Of a stretch of DNA of 64,000 nt, positions 12,783 to 22,603 are shown one piece after another. The stretch is from contig OZ024740.1 of assembly GCA_964016885.1 (NCBI GenBank), positions 67,518,001-67,582,000 on the forward strand, read 5' to 3'. The notes beneath the pieces are model-generated. The model saw only the letters and a list, made by a program, of their open reading frames with translations. It made no database searches and was not told the origin of the DNA. Position numbers and translations under genes: made by a program. The first letter of the stretch is position 1. Each line of letters begins with the position of its first letter. This DNA is from Eledone cirrhosa (taxonomy: Eukaryota).

Positions 12783-13026
12783 GTTGTTTTTTTTTGTTTA
12801 AAATAAATATTGGGCACAAACCCCCAATAAGCAGTTATTTAACCCCGAAGGGCCAAATAACGGGCAGAAAGACCTTTCTCACGAGGAGGAGGGTGTTTTT
12901 GTCTACAAGTTGGTTAAAGTTTTAAACAATTTACAATTGTTATAGCGTTCAAAATTTACAATACCTTACAGAGCCGAGCCTCCGTCAACCATAGCATTCA
13001 ATAATAATAATAATAATAATAATAAT

Positions 13027-13338
13027 GTTTTCTTTATTAACCACCAGGGTTTACATAAAGTAGACCTTAAGGACAGTACAGGACAATACAGGACGGTACA
13101 AATGGGCATTTCTGCGTGTAAAAAACAGAGGATGTAATAAAATAACAAAGAAAAATTCCCAATAGGGGGGAGACTTCCGAGGGACATTTGTGGAGAAAGC
13201 CCATTAAAAGACCACAGTGACCCTGACAACCAGGGCAAGTGCCCTCTCCCAGTTTTCCACCTTTAATTTACAGACACATACTCAGAGTAGGCCCATTCAC
13301 TCGGGCCATACTTGCTTCTCACACCCATCTTTCAACAA
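13027..13338 (-). mobile_element. 5'-truncated Tx1-A 3' stub
   Basis: Highly similar to 7196-7517; (AAT)n at its 3' end; joined directly to family B sequence. Confidence 0.88.
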
Positions 13339-13612
13339 GGGCCGACATATAGGGGACTATACAAAAGGGCCGACATATAGGGGACTATACAAAAGACTGG
13401 GACAGTGGGGTTTTACAGAAAAATCGAGTAAACAATATGAATAACAATAACAAAGTAACAATAAAGTAAAAATAAAATTACAACAATGAAAAATTCCCCA
13501 ATCGGGGGGGATGACCACCTAGGGTTCGCTCAGGTACCCCACCAGTCCTGAACGACCCGACGCTCCAAGAGCACCTTGGAAGGGCACCCCTCTCTTCTTC
13601 AAATTGACCTAC

Positions 13613-16600
13613 CTACAGCCGCATGACCAGAGTAGGCCCACTCACACGGGCCATTCTCTCCACATTCACCCACCTTTCAGCAAATGTACTGGGAGGCAGC
13701 ACTTCTCTCTCCACCCTCACGTTCCTTTCCAAGTGAAACTTGAAAAAATTGATGAGGGTTGGCCGAAGAGAAAAGTGTCTGTCTTCAGTAATTTCAACCT
13801 CGTCCAACATACAACCACTTTCGCTACTGCCACCAGACAGAGGAAAATTGCCTGCTCTTCCTGGCCAAAAGAAGGCGGCGGGTCGATCTTCACCTTGGCT
13901 CGGCCGATAGGCTGATCCGTTCAACACGCGACAACAGCTGTTCAACATAACTCCACAAGTCAGTAGTGCACGGACACTGGAATAGTGCGCGCAGAACGGT
14001 TTCGTCGCTCTGCGCGCATCTCGGGCAGGTCCGTATGACAGCCCTTCCGTGCGAGGGATTTTTGGAAATTATCTATCGTCCCTGGCTCAAAAGTCCTCCG
14101 GTACAGACTGGTTAGTTCGACTTCGTTGACTCCCAGAGCATCTCCAAGTTCGTCGTCGAACATGCCCACCACTAATCCTCTATAGAACTCGAGAGTGAAA
14201 GTTCCACTGACCGCATTGCCCGCCTGGTAGAGGGCAGTGAGTGCCTGGCAACATTCAAGATGCCAGTCTCCCAGTCTCGGTCTCTACTTGACCCAGGACT
14301 GCAGCTCATTCAAAGAAACGAACTGCGGACAGGCCCGTCTGACAAACGGCGACCACACCTGTTCACCGTTTAGGCAGAATATCATGAGATGCCGCAGCCT
14401 CAGCGCGTGCCTGCGCATTATTAGCCACGGCTTGCCCAGCCCTCCACGTAGAGGGTGCTGGCAGCAGATGGACCGCCTCACCAGCGGAACCTGACCCCTC
14501 CACAATAATTTGAAGAGGAGCCGCTCCAAGATGGCGAGGCGCGAACGGGGGCAAGGGACGACAGTCAGACGGTAGTAGATGACGGACACGATGTACGAGT
14601 TCGCCACCTCCGCCCGACCTTTCAATGATAGCTACATCCCAGCCCATTTCTGGGTGTGACTACCCTTCCCGTCACCTCGTCCCAATTCTTATCCACCTGG
14701 AGGTCTGGCCCGAACCAAATCCCTAGCAACTTTACCGGTCCATCCGGCCAGCGCCTAACGATGCTGTTGGACGGCATGGACCTGCCTCTCCAGGTGCCGA
14801 GTTGCAAGCCCACTGACTTTTCCGGGTTAAGTTTTGCTCCCGTCAACCTTTCATATTCCTGCAATAAGTTGCCGACCACCTCGAATTCTGAGGTGTCCGA
14901 CACCATCACTGTGATGTCGTCCGCATAAGCCGACACAGCCTTTCCGCGTCCCGGTTCGAGCGGTATGCCCTGCAACAGCTCCAGCTTCCGCAGTAAAGGC
15001 TCGAGAGTCAATACGTACAGAAGGGAGGAGAGAGGGCACCCTTGACGGACCGATCAGGAGACCTGAAATGGTTCCGAGAGGTGGCCATTAATTTAAGCAT
15101 CGAGCAGGTGCCGCTGTGCATTACAGCAATCCAGCTTCTGAAGACGGGGCCGAAGCCAGCCGCATTGAGGACAGCCTCCAGGTACCGATGGTTGACTCTA
15201 TCGAATGCTTTCGATTGATCTAAATTGATCAGAGCCCACCGAAGCCAGGTTTACACCCTTCCCTCTCTATGATGTATCGCATTAGGTGGAGGTTGTCATC
15301 ACAGACGACAGGCGCCAGCCTCTTCGCTAACACCCTGGCCAAAATCTTAAACTCTGTGTTGAGCAGAGTTATGGGCCTGAAATTGTCTAATGTGTCCCGC
15401 TTGTTCTCGTCTTTCCTTATCAGCGTCACTACGCCCCGGCTCACAGAACTGGGAATACACCCGTTTTGCTGCCAGTTGCAGTAGAGGGCTTCGACGAGAT
15501 TGGTGAACATGTCTGGCATATTTACGTAAAGCTCGTAGGGCAGACCATCCAAACCGGGTGACTTGCGCATCATGCAGCCGACAAGGGCATCCTGAATCTC
15601 GGCTGAAGTAATTGGCCTTTCGCAGCGCCCAGCGTCAGCTGTCGAGAGTTGCGGCAAGACATCGAGGTAGGCACTGAAGTCCGCCACCATCTCTGACCCG
15701 CCACTTCCCCGAACAACCGAGCAAAATGTTGGCGAAAGGCCTCACACATCCTCTTGGAATCGCTCAGCTCGTGCCCGTCTCGGTCCATCTAAGACCGAAT
15801 CGCGGTTTTATTTCCACGCTGCGCCTCTGCCACGCTGGCCTATCGAACAGCTTTGGTTCCCTCGTTTCTCAGAGCACGCGCCTTAGCTCTGACAATGCAA
15901 CCTTCGCTTTTCGCATTGAAAAAATGGTCTAATGCCATTCTCGCCCCTAGCACATCAGTTGCAATGCCACTACCAATAGCCTCGTCTAACTTATCTACCA
16001 ACTCCCCCTCCTTTCTATTTTTCTCTAATGCTACTTTGCTAAACTCTATCGACATTACTCTAATCTCTCTTTTGAGAGCCCCCCCCCCCCACCATCTATT
16101 GTTGACGACTCCCCCTGTCAACTTTTTCTTAACTAAATTGTTGACCTGGTCCCTGTAAGCCTTACGTGCCGGAAATGAGATGTTTAGCTTCCAGTAACCC
16201 GATCCTAACCTACGCGTCTTATCTAGGTTGACCATACAGATCACAAACTTGTAATCTGAATAGGCGACCGTTTCAAAACGTGGACAGCTTACACTATTTC
16301 TATCTATTTTGCTAATGAATATCCTGTCCATATACGATCTAGATGACCCTATGCGGTTTTGCCCAGATCCACACTGGCGTATTATGGAAATCTAGTGGGT
16401 ACCTGTCAGACAGTTGGAACTGGCTGATCAGGTTATTGAGGCTTTTGCACCCCTCGCTCCTATCGGATACTCCCACACAGTCCCAGCGTGCGTCTAAGAT
16501 GCCGTTCCAGTCCCACGCTAAGAGTAAAGGGCGAGACGTACCCAGAAAGGCTTACATGCGACTAAAGAAGTCCGGCTGTCCTGCCCCAGTAGGAGCATAG

Positions 16601-16932
16601 ACGGCCACCAGCCTAAAGGCACCACTTTCATTATTGTTCATGTCCAGGACCACCAACTTCCCGTACGAGTCCCGGCAGATAGGACTTACCTCGAGATCCA
16701 GGCCTTTCCTAAACAGCACTGCCACCTCGCCTCCCATTCCGGGCCGGCTAACAGCTGCCAAGATCTGCTAGTCGTCGATAATGGGGGCTAGTGCGCGCGT
16801 GTCGGAAATCGTGGTCTCGCTGACTGAAATTACATCCATTTCTAGAGACCTTAAGTCGTTGAGCAGGTGACCCTGCTTCCAGGACGATCCCACGCTTCGA
16901 ACATTTAAACATCCTACTCTTAATACGGCAAT
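13613..16932 (-). pseudogene. Tx1-B ORF2 (APE-RT), multiple frameshifts, start codon apparently ATT
   Basis: ORF pieces 16552-16761, 15840-16331, 15229-15690, 14622-15011, 14284-14625 and 13613-13948 are colinear with Tx1-A ORF2. Confidence 0.88.
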
Positions 16933-16963
16933 GTTGGCAGGTTAAACAGATAGAGAGGAAGGT

Positions 16964-18937
16964 TTACTTACCTTCTGGGCTCTTGTGAAGGTCGGGTTGT
17001 TCGACCTCCATAGTTAGTGGGATTTCTTTCGGGAACCCCTTTAAAAGTCTTGAAGTGGGTTTTACGTTCGGGGTTCCCACGTCCCGAGGAAAGCTGTTTC
17101 GTATTTTTTTGAATATGTCGAGCGACATTCGCACCAGAACCAGATGTTCCGTCACGCAAAATGTGATCGATTTAAAAATGCCCCCCCCCCCTCTTTTTGT
17201 ATATTTTCACTTCGTGCTACGAGGGCCATCAGTTCTTTGTTGGCGCTCCTGTCAAGAACGAAGTTTTGTATGTTTTGTTGGTGTGATTGTATTTGTTTGC
17301 GTGGCTGTGGTGGTCATGGTTTTGGTGGTGTTGTTTCGGTTGCATCTGTGTTTGTTGTGAGTGCGGTGTCTGTGGTTTCAGATGTTTGTGTGTATATTTG
17401 TTCTTGCGTCTGTTTCGGTTGTTTGCGTTTGGGGATTCTGGTGCTGGTGATGGTGGTGTTGATGTTGGTGTTATTGGGGAGATGTTTGCGTGGGTGGTGT
17501 CTGCGTTTTTTTATTGTGGGTGCTTTTTTGCTTTGTTGAGTTTTTTTTTTCTTTTTGTGTTTCCTTTTTTGTATTTTGGGGGATTTGGGATTTCCCTCAT
17601 TTTTAGTACTGGTAGATGAGGGGTCTGTGCCTGTAAGTGTGTCTGTATGTATGTTTATGTTTTTATTGGTGTGTGTATTTTGGGGGGGAGAGGGAATTTG
17701 ACAGCTTTCCTCGTTTCCCCCCTGGGTTATCAATGTTGGTGGTGGTCTTACTAATGGTGTTGTTGTTTGTGGTTTTGCCGGTGCTGGTGTTGGTTGTGGT
17801 TCTCGCCCCGGCGTCGGCAGCAGTGGAGCCTTTCGACCCCTTGCCTCTTTCAGCAGTTGAGAGCAGAAGGCTCGCAAATGGGTTTTTTCTCCACAAACAA
17901 AACACTGAGGCCTTTTGCCTTCGGTCATAATGTGAATGACTGTCCCATTCTGAAGGCGGATGTGGTCCGGAATTTTCTTTACATTATCGGGCCTGATCTG
18001 GAGAAGGATCTCCATGTCAACCCCGGACCAGTCCTCTCTGGCCGTTCTGGTCACTTCTATAGGGACTGTATCCGTCCCCTCCACAATCACACATCCCAGA
18101 AGCCACCACATGTCAAGTCCTGGTGGGATTCTGGGAATGCGAAGATGGGCCGTTCTTTTTCCCATGTGGGAGGGGTACATTATGACCTTGCTGGTTTTGC
18201 AAGGAGTCATAGCGTGTTTCATAGCGAGGGCTTCTGACTTGAACAACACCGAAATGGTGCCGTACTGTCTGCCCTCTCTATGTACTGGGTGTCTTCTCTG
18301 ATGCACCTCAGCGCAACTCCGACATCTTCTTGTGGGATTAAAGCTGCCCTTTTGGTTTGTGCTGATATGCATCTATAATGCACCGTTTTGCGCTCCACTG
18401 CCTCAATAGCTTCTACCGGGACAGTTAAGTTGGCCCAAGTTTGCTCTTGCTTGATGAGCTTCCATGCCTGGGGCAACTTTTCATCTTTGTTTGAGATGTC
18501 TATTTTGAAGCTTAGCCTCTTTTTTGCTGCTGCCGCAGTGAAAGTGTTCTTCTTGTTTTCGTTGGGGGTTTTGTTGTCGTTGCTCTTGTTGGTGTTGTTG
18601 TTAGCACTGTCGCTGTTATTGTCTTTGTTGCCACCGTTTTTCTCGGTGCAGTTGGTATTGTTGCTGTTGGTGTTGTCGCTATTTGTTTTCATCTTAATGG
18701 TGTTGATATTGTTGTATTTGTTATATTTTTTTGTTATCTGTATTTTCGTTGTCTCTGCTACTGTCATCTTTTTCAAAATTATAGTTCTCATTGGTATCAT
18801 TGGTGTCTTTGTTTACATTGTTTGTGGTGGTGTTTGTGTTATCAATGTGTTTAATTTCGCCGTAGTGCTCCTCTCAACTTCCACGTCGTTGTCGCGTGAC
18901 AGCAGACATATCGCTGGGGGGGCGTGGTTCAGCCATG
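16964..18937 (-). pseudogene. Tx1-B ORF1 (CCHC), frameshifted
   Basis: Pieces 18219-18800, 17314-18372 and 16964-17155; CCHC knuckle; C-terminus MEVEQPDL resembles family C (MEIEQPDL). Confidence 0.82.
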
Positions 18938-19161
18938 TTTTTTTTCCGTAAATGTTTTAACATGTAAAAAAAATTCAAATATTTGTGCCAAAAGGCCAAA
19001 TATTATACTTTGCCCTTAACAGGGCAAAGTCTAAGGGCTTATATTCCTTACACAACAAGAAATATTTAACAACAAATAATGTTAACAGGCAAATAAAGTG
19101 ACTTACTGGGAGCGAGCAAAATACATCCGCTTAGATCAAAAATAATAATAATAATAATAAT

Positions 19162-21634
19162 GCTTTCTTTATTAACCACAAGGGTTTACATAAAGTAGAC
19201 ATTAAGGACAGAACAGGACAATACAGGACGGTACAAATGGGCATTTCTGCGTATAAAAAACATAAACAGAGGATGTAATAAAAAAAATAAGAATGAAAAA
19301 TTCCCCAATTCGGGTGGGACTTCCGAGGGAAATACGAGGAGAAAGCCCATTAAAAAGCACAGTGACCCTGAGCACCAGGGCAAGTGCCCTCTCCCAGTTT
19401 TCCACCTTTAATTTACAGAGTAGGCGCATTCACTCGGGCCATTCTTGCCTCTCTCGACCATCTTTCAATAAAGTGCTGGGAAGAGAGCACTTCCCTCTCT
19501 ACACTGATTTTCCTTTTCAAATGAAATTTGAAAAAGTTAAGCAGGGCATCACCGAAGAGGTAAGTGCTCGTCTTCAGCCCTTTCTAACGTGTCCACCATA
19601 CTATCTCTTTCGCCATGGCCACCAGACAGATAAAAACTGCCTGCCCTTCCCAGCTAAAGGAAGAGGGCGGGGCAATCCTCAGGATGGACTCAGCTGATAG
19701 CTGGATCCGTCCTACACGCGACAGCAGGGAGTTCGACATGAACAATGCTAGGACGCTGGACGCGTGTGTGCAGGACGGATTCGTCGCCCTGCGCGCATCT
19801 CGGACATGCACGGCTGACGGCACCTCCATGCCTGTAGAGTTTATCCCGAACTGGCAAAGCTCCTCGGTAGCACTGCCAGGCCAGAGATTTCTGGAAGTTG
19901 TCCATAGGCCAGGTCCGAATGTTCTTCCGAAGAGATTGGCCAGTTGATTTTCGTCGACGCTTAGTGTTTCCCCAAGTACGTCGTCGCCCTTCCCCTCCAC
20001 TAATACTCTATAGAACGCCGAGGTGGAGTTTCCACCGATCATATTTCCCGATTTGTCGAGGGCTGTGATCGCCTGAAGACATTCCATTCTCCAAGCACTC
20101 CACTTCGGTCTTCGCTTGACCCAGGACTGCAGCTCCGTCAAGGAGACGAGCTGGGGAAAGACGCGTTTAGCAAACGGCGACCTCACCTGATCACCGTCAA
20201 GGAAGAATTGGAGATTACGTAGCCTGAGCGCGTATCTGCGCATCATCAGCCACGGCACGCCCAGCCCTCCACGTAGCGGGTGTTGACAGCAGATGGACCC
20301 CCTGACCATCGGAGCGCGTCCCTTCCACAAAAAGCGAAAGAGCAAACGCTCCAGCGCAGTCAGGCGGGGCTTAGGACAAGGTACGATGGTCAGGCGGTTG
20401 TAGACGACGGACGCGATGTACGCGTTAGCCACCTCTGCTCGACCTTTCAGGTATAGCTTCCTCTCCACCCATTTCTGGGTGAGAGAAGCCACTCTGCTCG
20501 TCACTTCGTCCCAGTGTTTGTCCGTCTGGAGGTCCGGACCGAACCAGACCCATAACAATTTAACCGGTCCGTCCGTCCAGCGCCCAACGTCGCTGTTGTA
20601 CGGCATTGACCTGCCTCTCCAGGTACCGAGCTGCAGGCCACTAACTTTTCCTGGTTGATCATTGCTCCTGTCGCCGCTTTGTATTCTCTTAGTGTAGTGC
20701 CGAACGCCTCGATGTGTTTGGCGTTCGACACGACTACGGTGACATCGTCCGCATATGCTGACACGGAGCTTCCGCATCCTAGTTCGCGTGGGACTCCCAT
20801 CAACGTCTCCAGTTTGTGCAGTAATGGCTCGAGACTCAATACGTACAAGAGGGACGAGAGGGGACATCCTTGGCGGACCGAGCGCATGATGTTGAACGGT
20901 TCCGAAAGGTAAACTTTCACTTTAACCACAGAGTAGATGTAGCTGTGCATGGTAGCGAGCCATTCTCTGAAGACGGGCCCAAAGACAGCAACCTTCAGGA
21001 CTGCCGCTAGGTAACGATGGTCGACCCTATCGAAAGCTTTCGACTGATCAAAATCTATCAAGGACCCACCCGTGCCAGGTTCCCTAGCTACACTCTCTAC
21101 GATGTATCGCATGAGGTGGAGGTTATCGTGGATGGATCTGTCGGGAATGGCGCATGTCTGCGCCTCTCCCACCAGACCACCAACGACAAGGGCCAACCTC
21201 TTTGCTAGCACCTTGGCCAAAATCTTGAACTCTGTGTTTAGCAGAGTTATGGGCCTGAAATTATCTATGTTATCTCCCTTGTTCGGATCCTTTCTCAGCA
21301 GCCCAACCGCTCCTCGGCTTACAGAGCTGGGAATTCTCCCGTTCTGTTGCCAGTTGCAGTAGACGTCCGCCAAGAGCGCTCCGAGCATTGGGCAGACCAT
21401 CTAAAAATTATTTTTTTGTAGCCATGTTATTTTTACGGTTTAAAATGAATATTGGGCACAAAACCCCAATAAGCGGTTATTTAACCCAGAAGAGCCAAAT
21501 AACGGACAGAAAGACACCTCTCACGAGGAGGAGGGTGTTTTTATCTACAATTTGGTTCAAGTTTTAAACAATTATTATAGCGGTTAAAAATTACTATACC
21601 TTACAGAGCCGAGCCTCCGTCAACTATGTCATTC
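19162..21634 (-). mobile_element. Internally deleted Tx1-A copy in (AAT)n
   Basis: Intact 5'UTR and first ~8 ORF1 codons joined at ~21402 to mid-ORF2 (GATGGTCTGCCC); RT and 3'UTR follow; (AAT)n on both sides. Confidence 0.9.
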
Positions 21635-21667
<33 letters not shown>

Positions 21668-21852
21668 TGTGTCTACATTAGGCACAAGGCCAGCAATCAC
21701 CCAGTGCATTACTGGTACTTTATTTTATCGACCCCGTAAGGATGAAAGGCAAAGTCAATCTAGGCGAGATTTGAACTCAGATCGTAAAGGGACGTAACTA
21801 TGCTGAAACGCATGGCGTCCGACCCTCCACCGATACTGCCAATCCACCGCCC

Positions 21853-21853
<1 letters not shown>
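21668..21853 (-). mobile_element. tRNA-derived SINE (Nin-like central domain) in (AAT)n
   Basis: A box TGGCAGTATCGG, B box GAGTTCAAATC, central GACTTTGCCTTTCATCCTTACGGGGTCGATAAAATAAAGTACCAG, (ATT)n tail. Related copies at 27701 and 31018. Confidence 0.85.
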
Positions 21854-21930
<77 letters not shown>

Positions 21931-21932
<2 letters not shown>

Positions 21933-22213
21933 GGGATTTGGAACTGCCATGAAGTCAAAGGGATTTGGAACTGCCATGAAGTCAAAGTGATCCCGATTGT
22001 CATAGGCGCACTGGGGACTATCTCCAAAAGTTTCCAGGGATGGTTAAAGAAAATCGGCCCCTTCACGCTTTTTGGAACGCTTCAAAAGGCATGCTTGCTT
22101 GGAACAGCAAGAACCCTCCGATACGTCCTGAATATCTGAGGCTGCAGGTAGTGGCTTGATATTCAATCCAACGGACTTTCCAGTTAACCAACATCAATGA
22201 CTGAGATTCAAGG
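21931..22213 (+). mobile_element. 5'-truncated R4/Dong 3' stub with a 27-bp tandem duplication at its 5' junction
   Basis: Almost identical to 26900-27152, including the AATAACAATAAC tail. GGATTTGGAACTGCCATGAAGTCAAAG occurs twice. Confidence 0.9.
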
Positions 22214-22225
22214 AATAACAATAAC

Positions 22226-22257
<32 letters not shown>

Positions 22258-22258
<1 letters not shown>

Positions 22259-22550
22259 TTTTTTTTTTTCTCTTTTTTTTCTCTTTTTTTTTCTCTCTTT
22301 TTTTTTTCTCTCTCTTTTTTCTTTTTTGTAGCCATGTTTCTTTTTGGTTTAAAATGAATATTGGGCACAAAACCCCAATAAGCGGTTATTTAACCCAGAA
22401 GGGCCAAATAACGGACAGAAAGGCCCCTCTCACGAGGAGGAGGGTGTTTTTATCTACAATTTGGTTAAAGTTTTAAAGAATTTACAATTGTTATAGCGGT
22501 TAAAAATTACTGTACCTTACAGAGCCGAGCCTCCGTCAACCATGGCATTC
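22258..22550 (-). mobile_element. Solo Tx1-A 5'UTR plus ORF1 start, followed by an A-rich tail
   Basis: 22328-22550 matches 12775-12999, then ATGGCTAC is followed by a ~70-nt A/G-rich poly(A)-like tract and (ATT)n. Confidence 0.85.

Positions 22551-22603
<53 letters not shown>

Larger units (their letters stand above)
7196..12999 (-). mobile_element. Near full-length L1-Tx1-clade LINE, family A, inserted in (AAT)n
   Basis: About 217-nt 5'UTR, ORF1, ORF2 (APE-RT-CCHC) and a 3'UTR with AATAAA at the terminus. (AAT)n on both flanks. Confidence 0.92.
13339..19140 (-). mobile_element. Near full-length Tx1 LINE, family B, decayed
   Basis: ORF1 ~16964-18937 (CFVCGEKTHLRAFC); ORF2 ~13613-16932 in many frameshifted pieces (SPGLDGLP, RPITLLN, YADD). 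5' end abuts (AAT)n; its own poly(A) signal is missing. Confidence 0.9.

Noticed and set aside
7395-21362. Numerous plus-strand ORFs over the Tx1 elements
   Set aside because: Antisense shadows of GC-rich ORF1/ORF2; their recurrence only reflects LINE homology.
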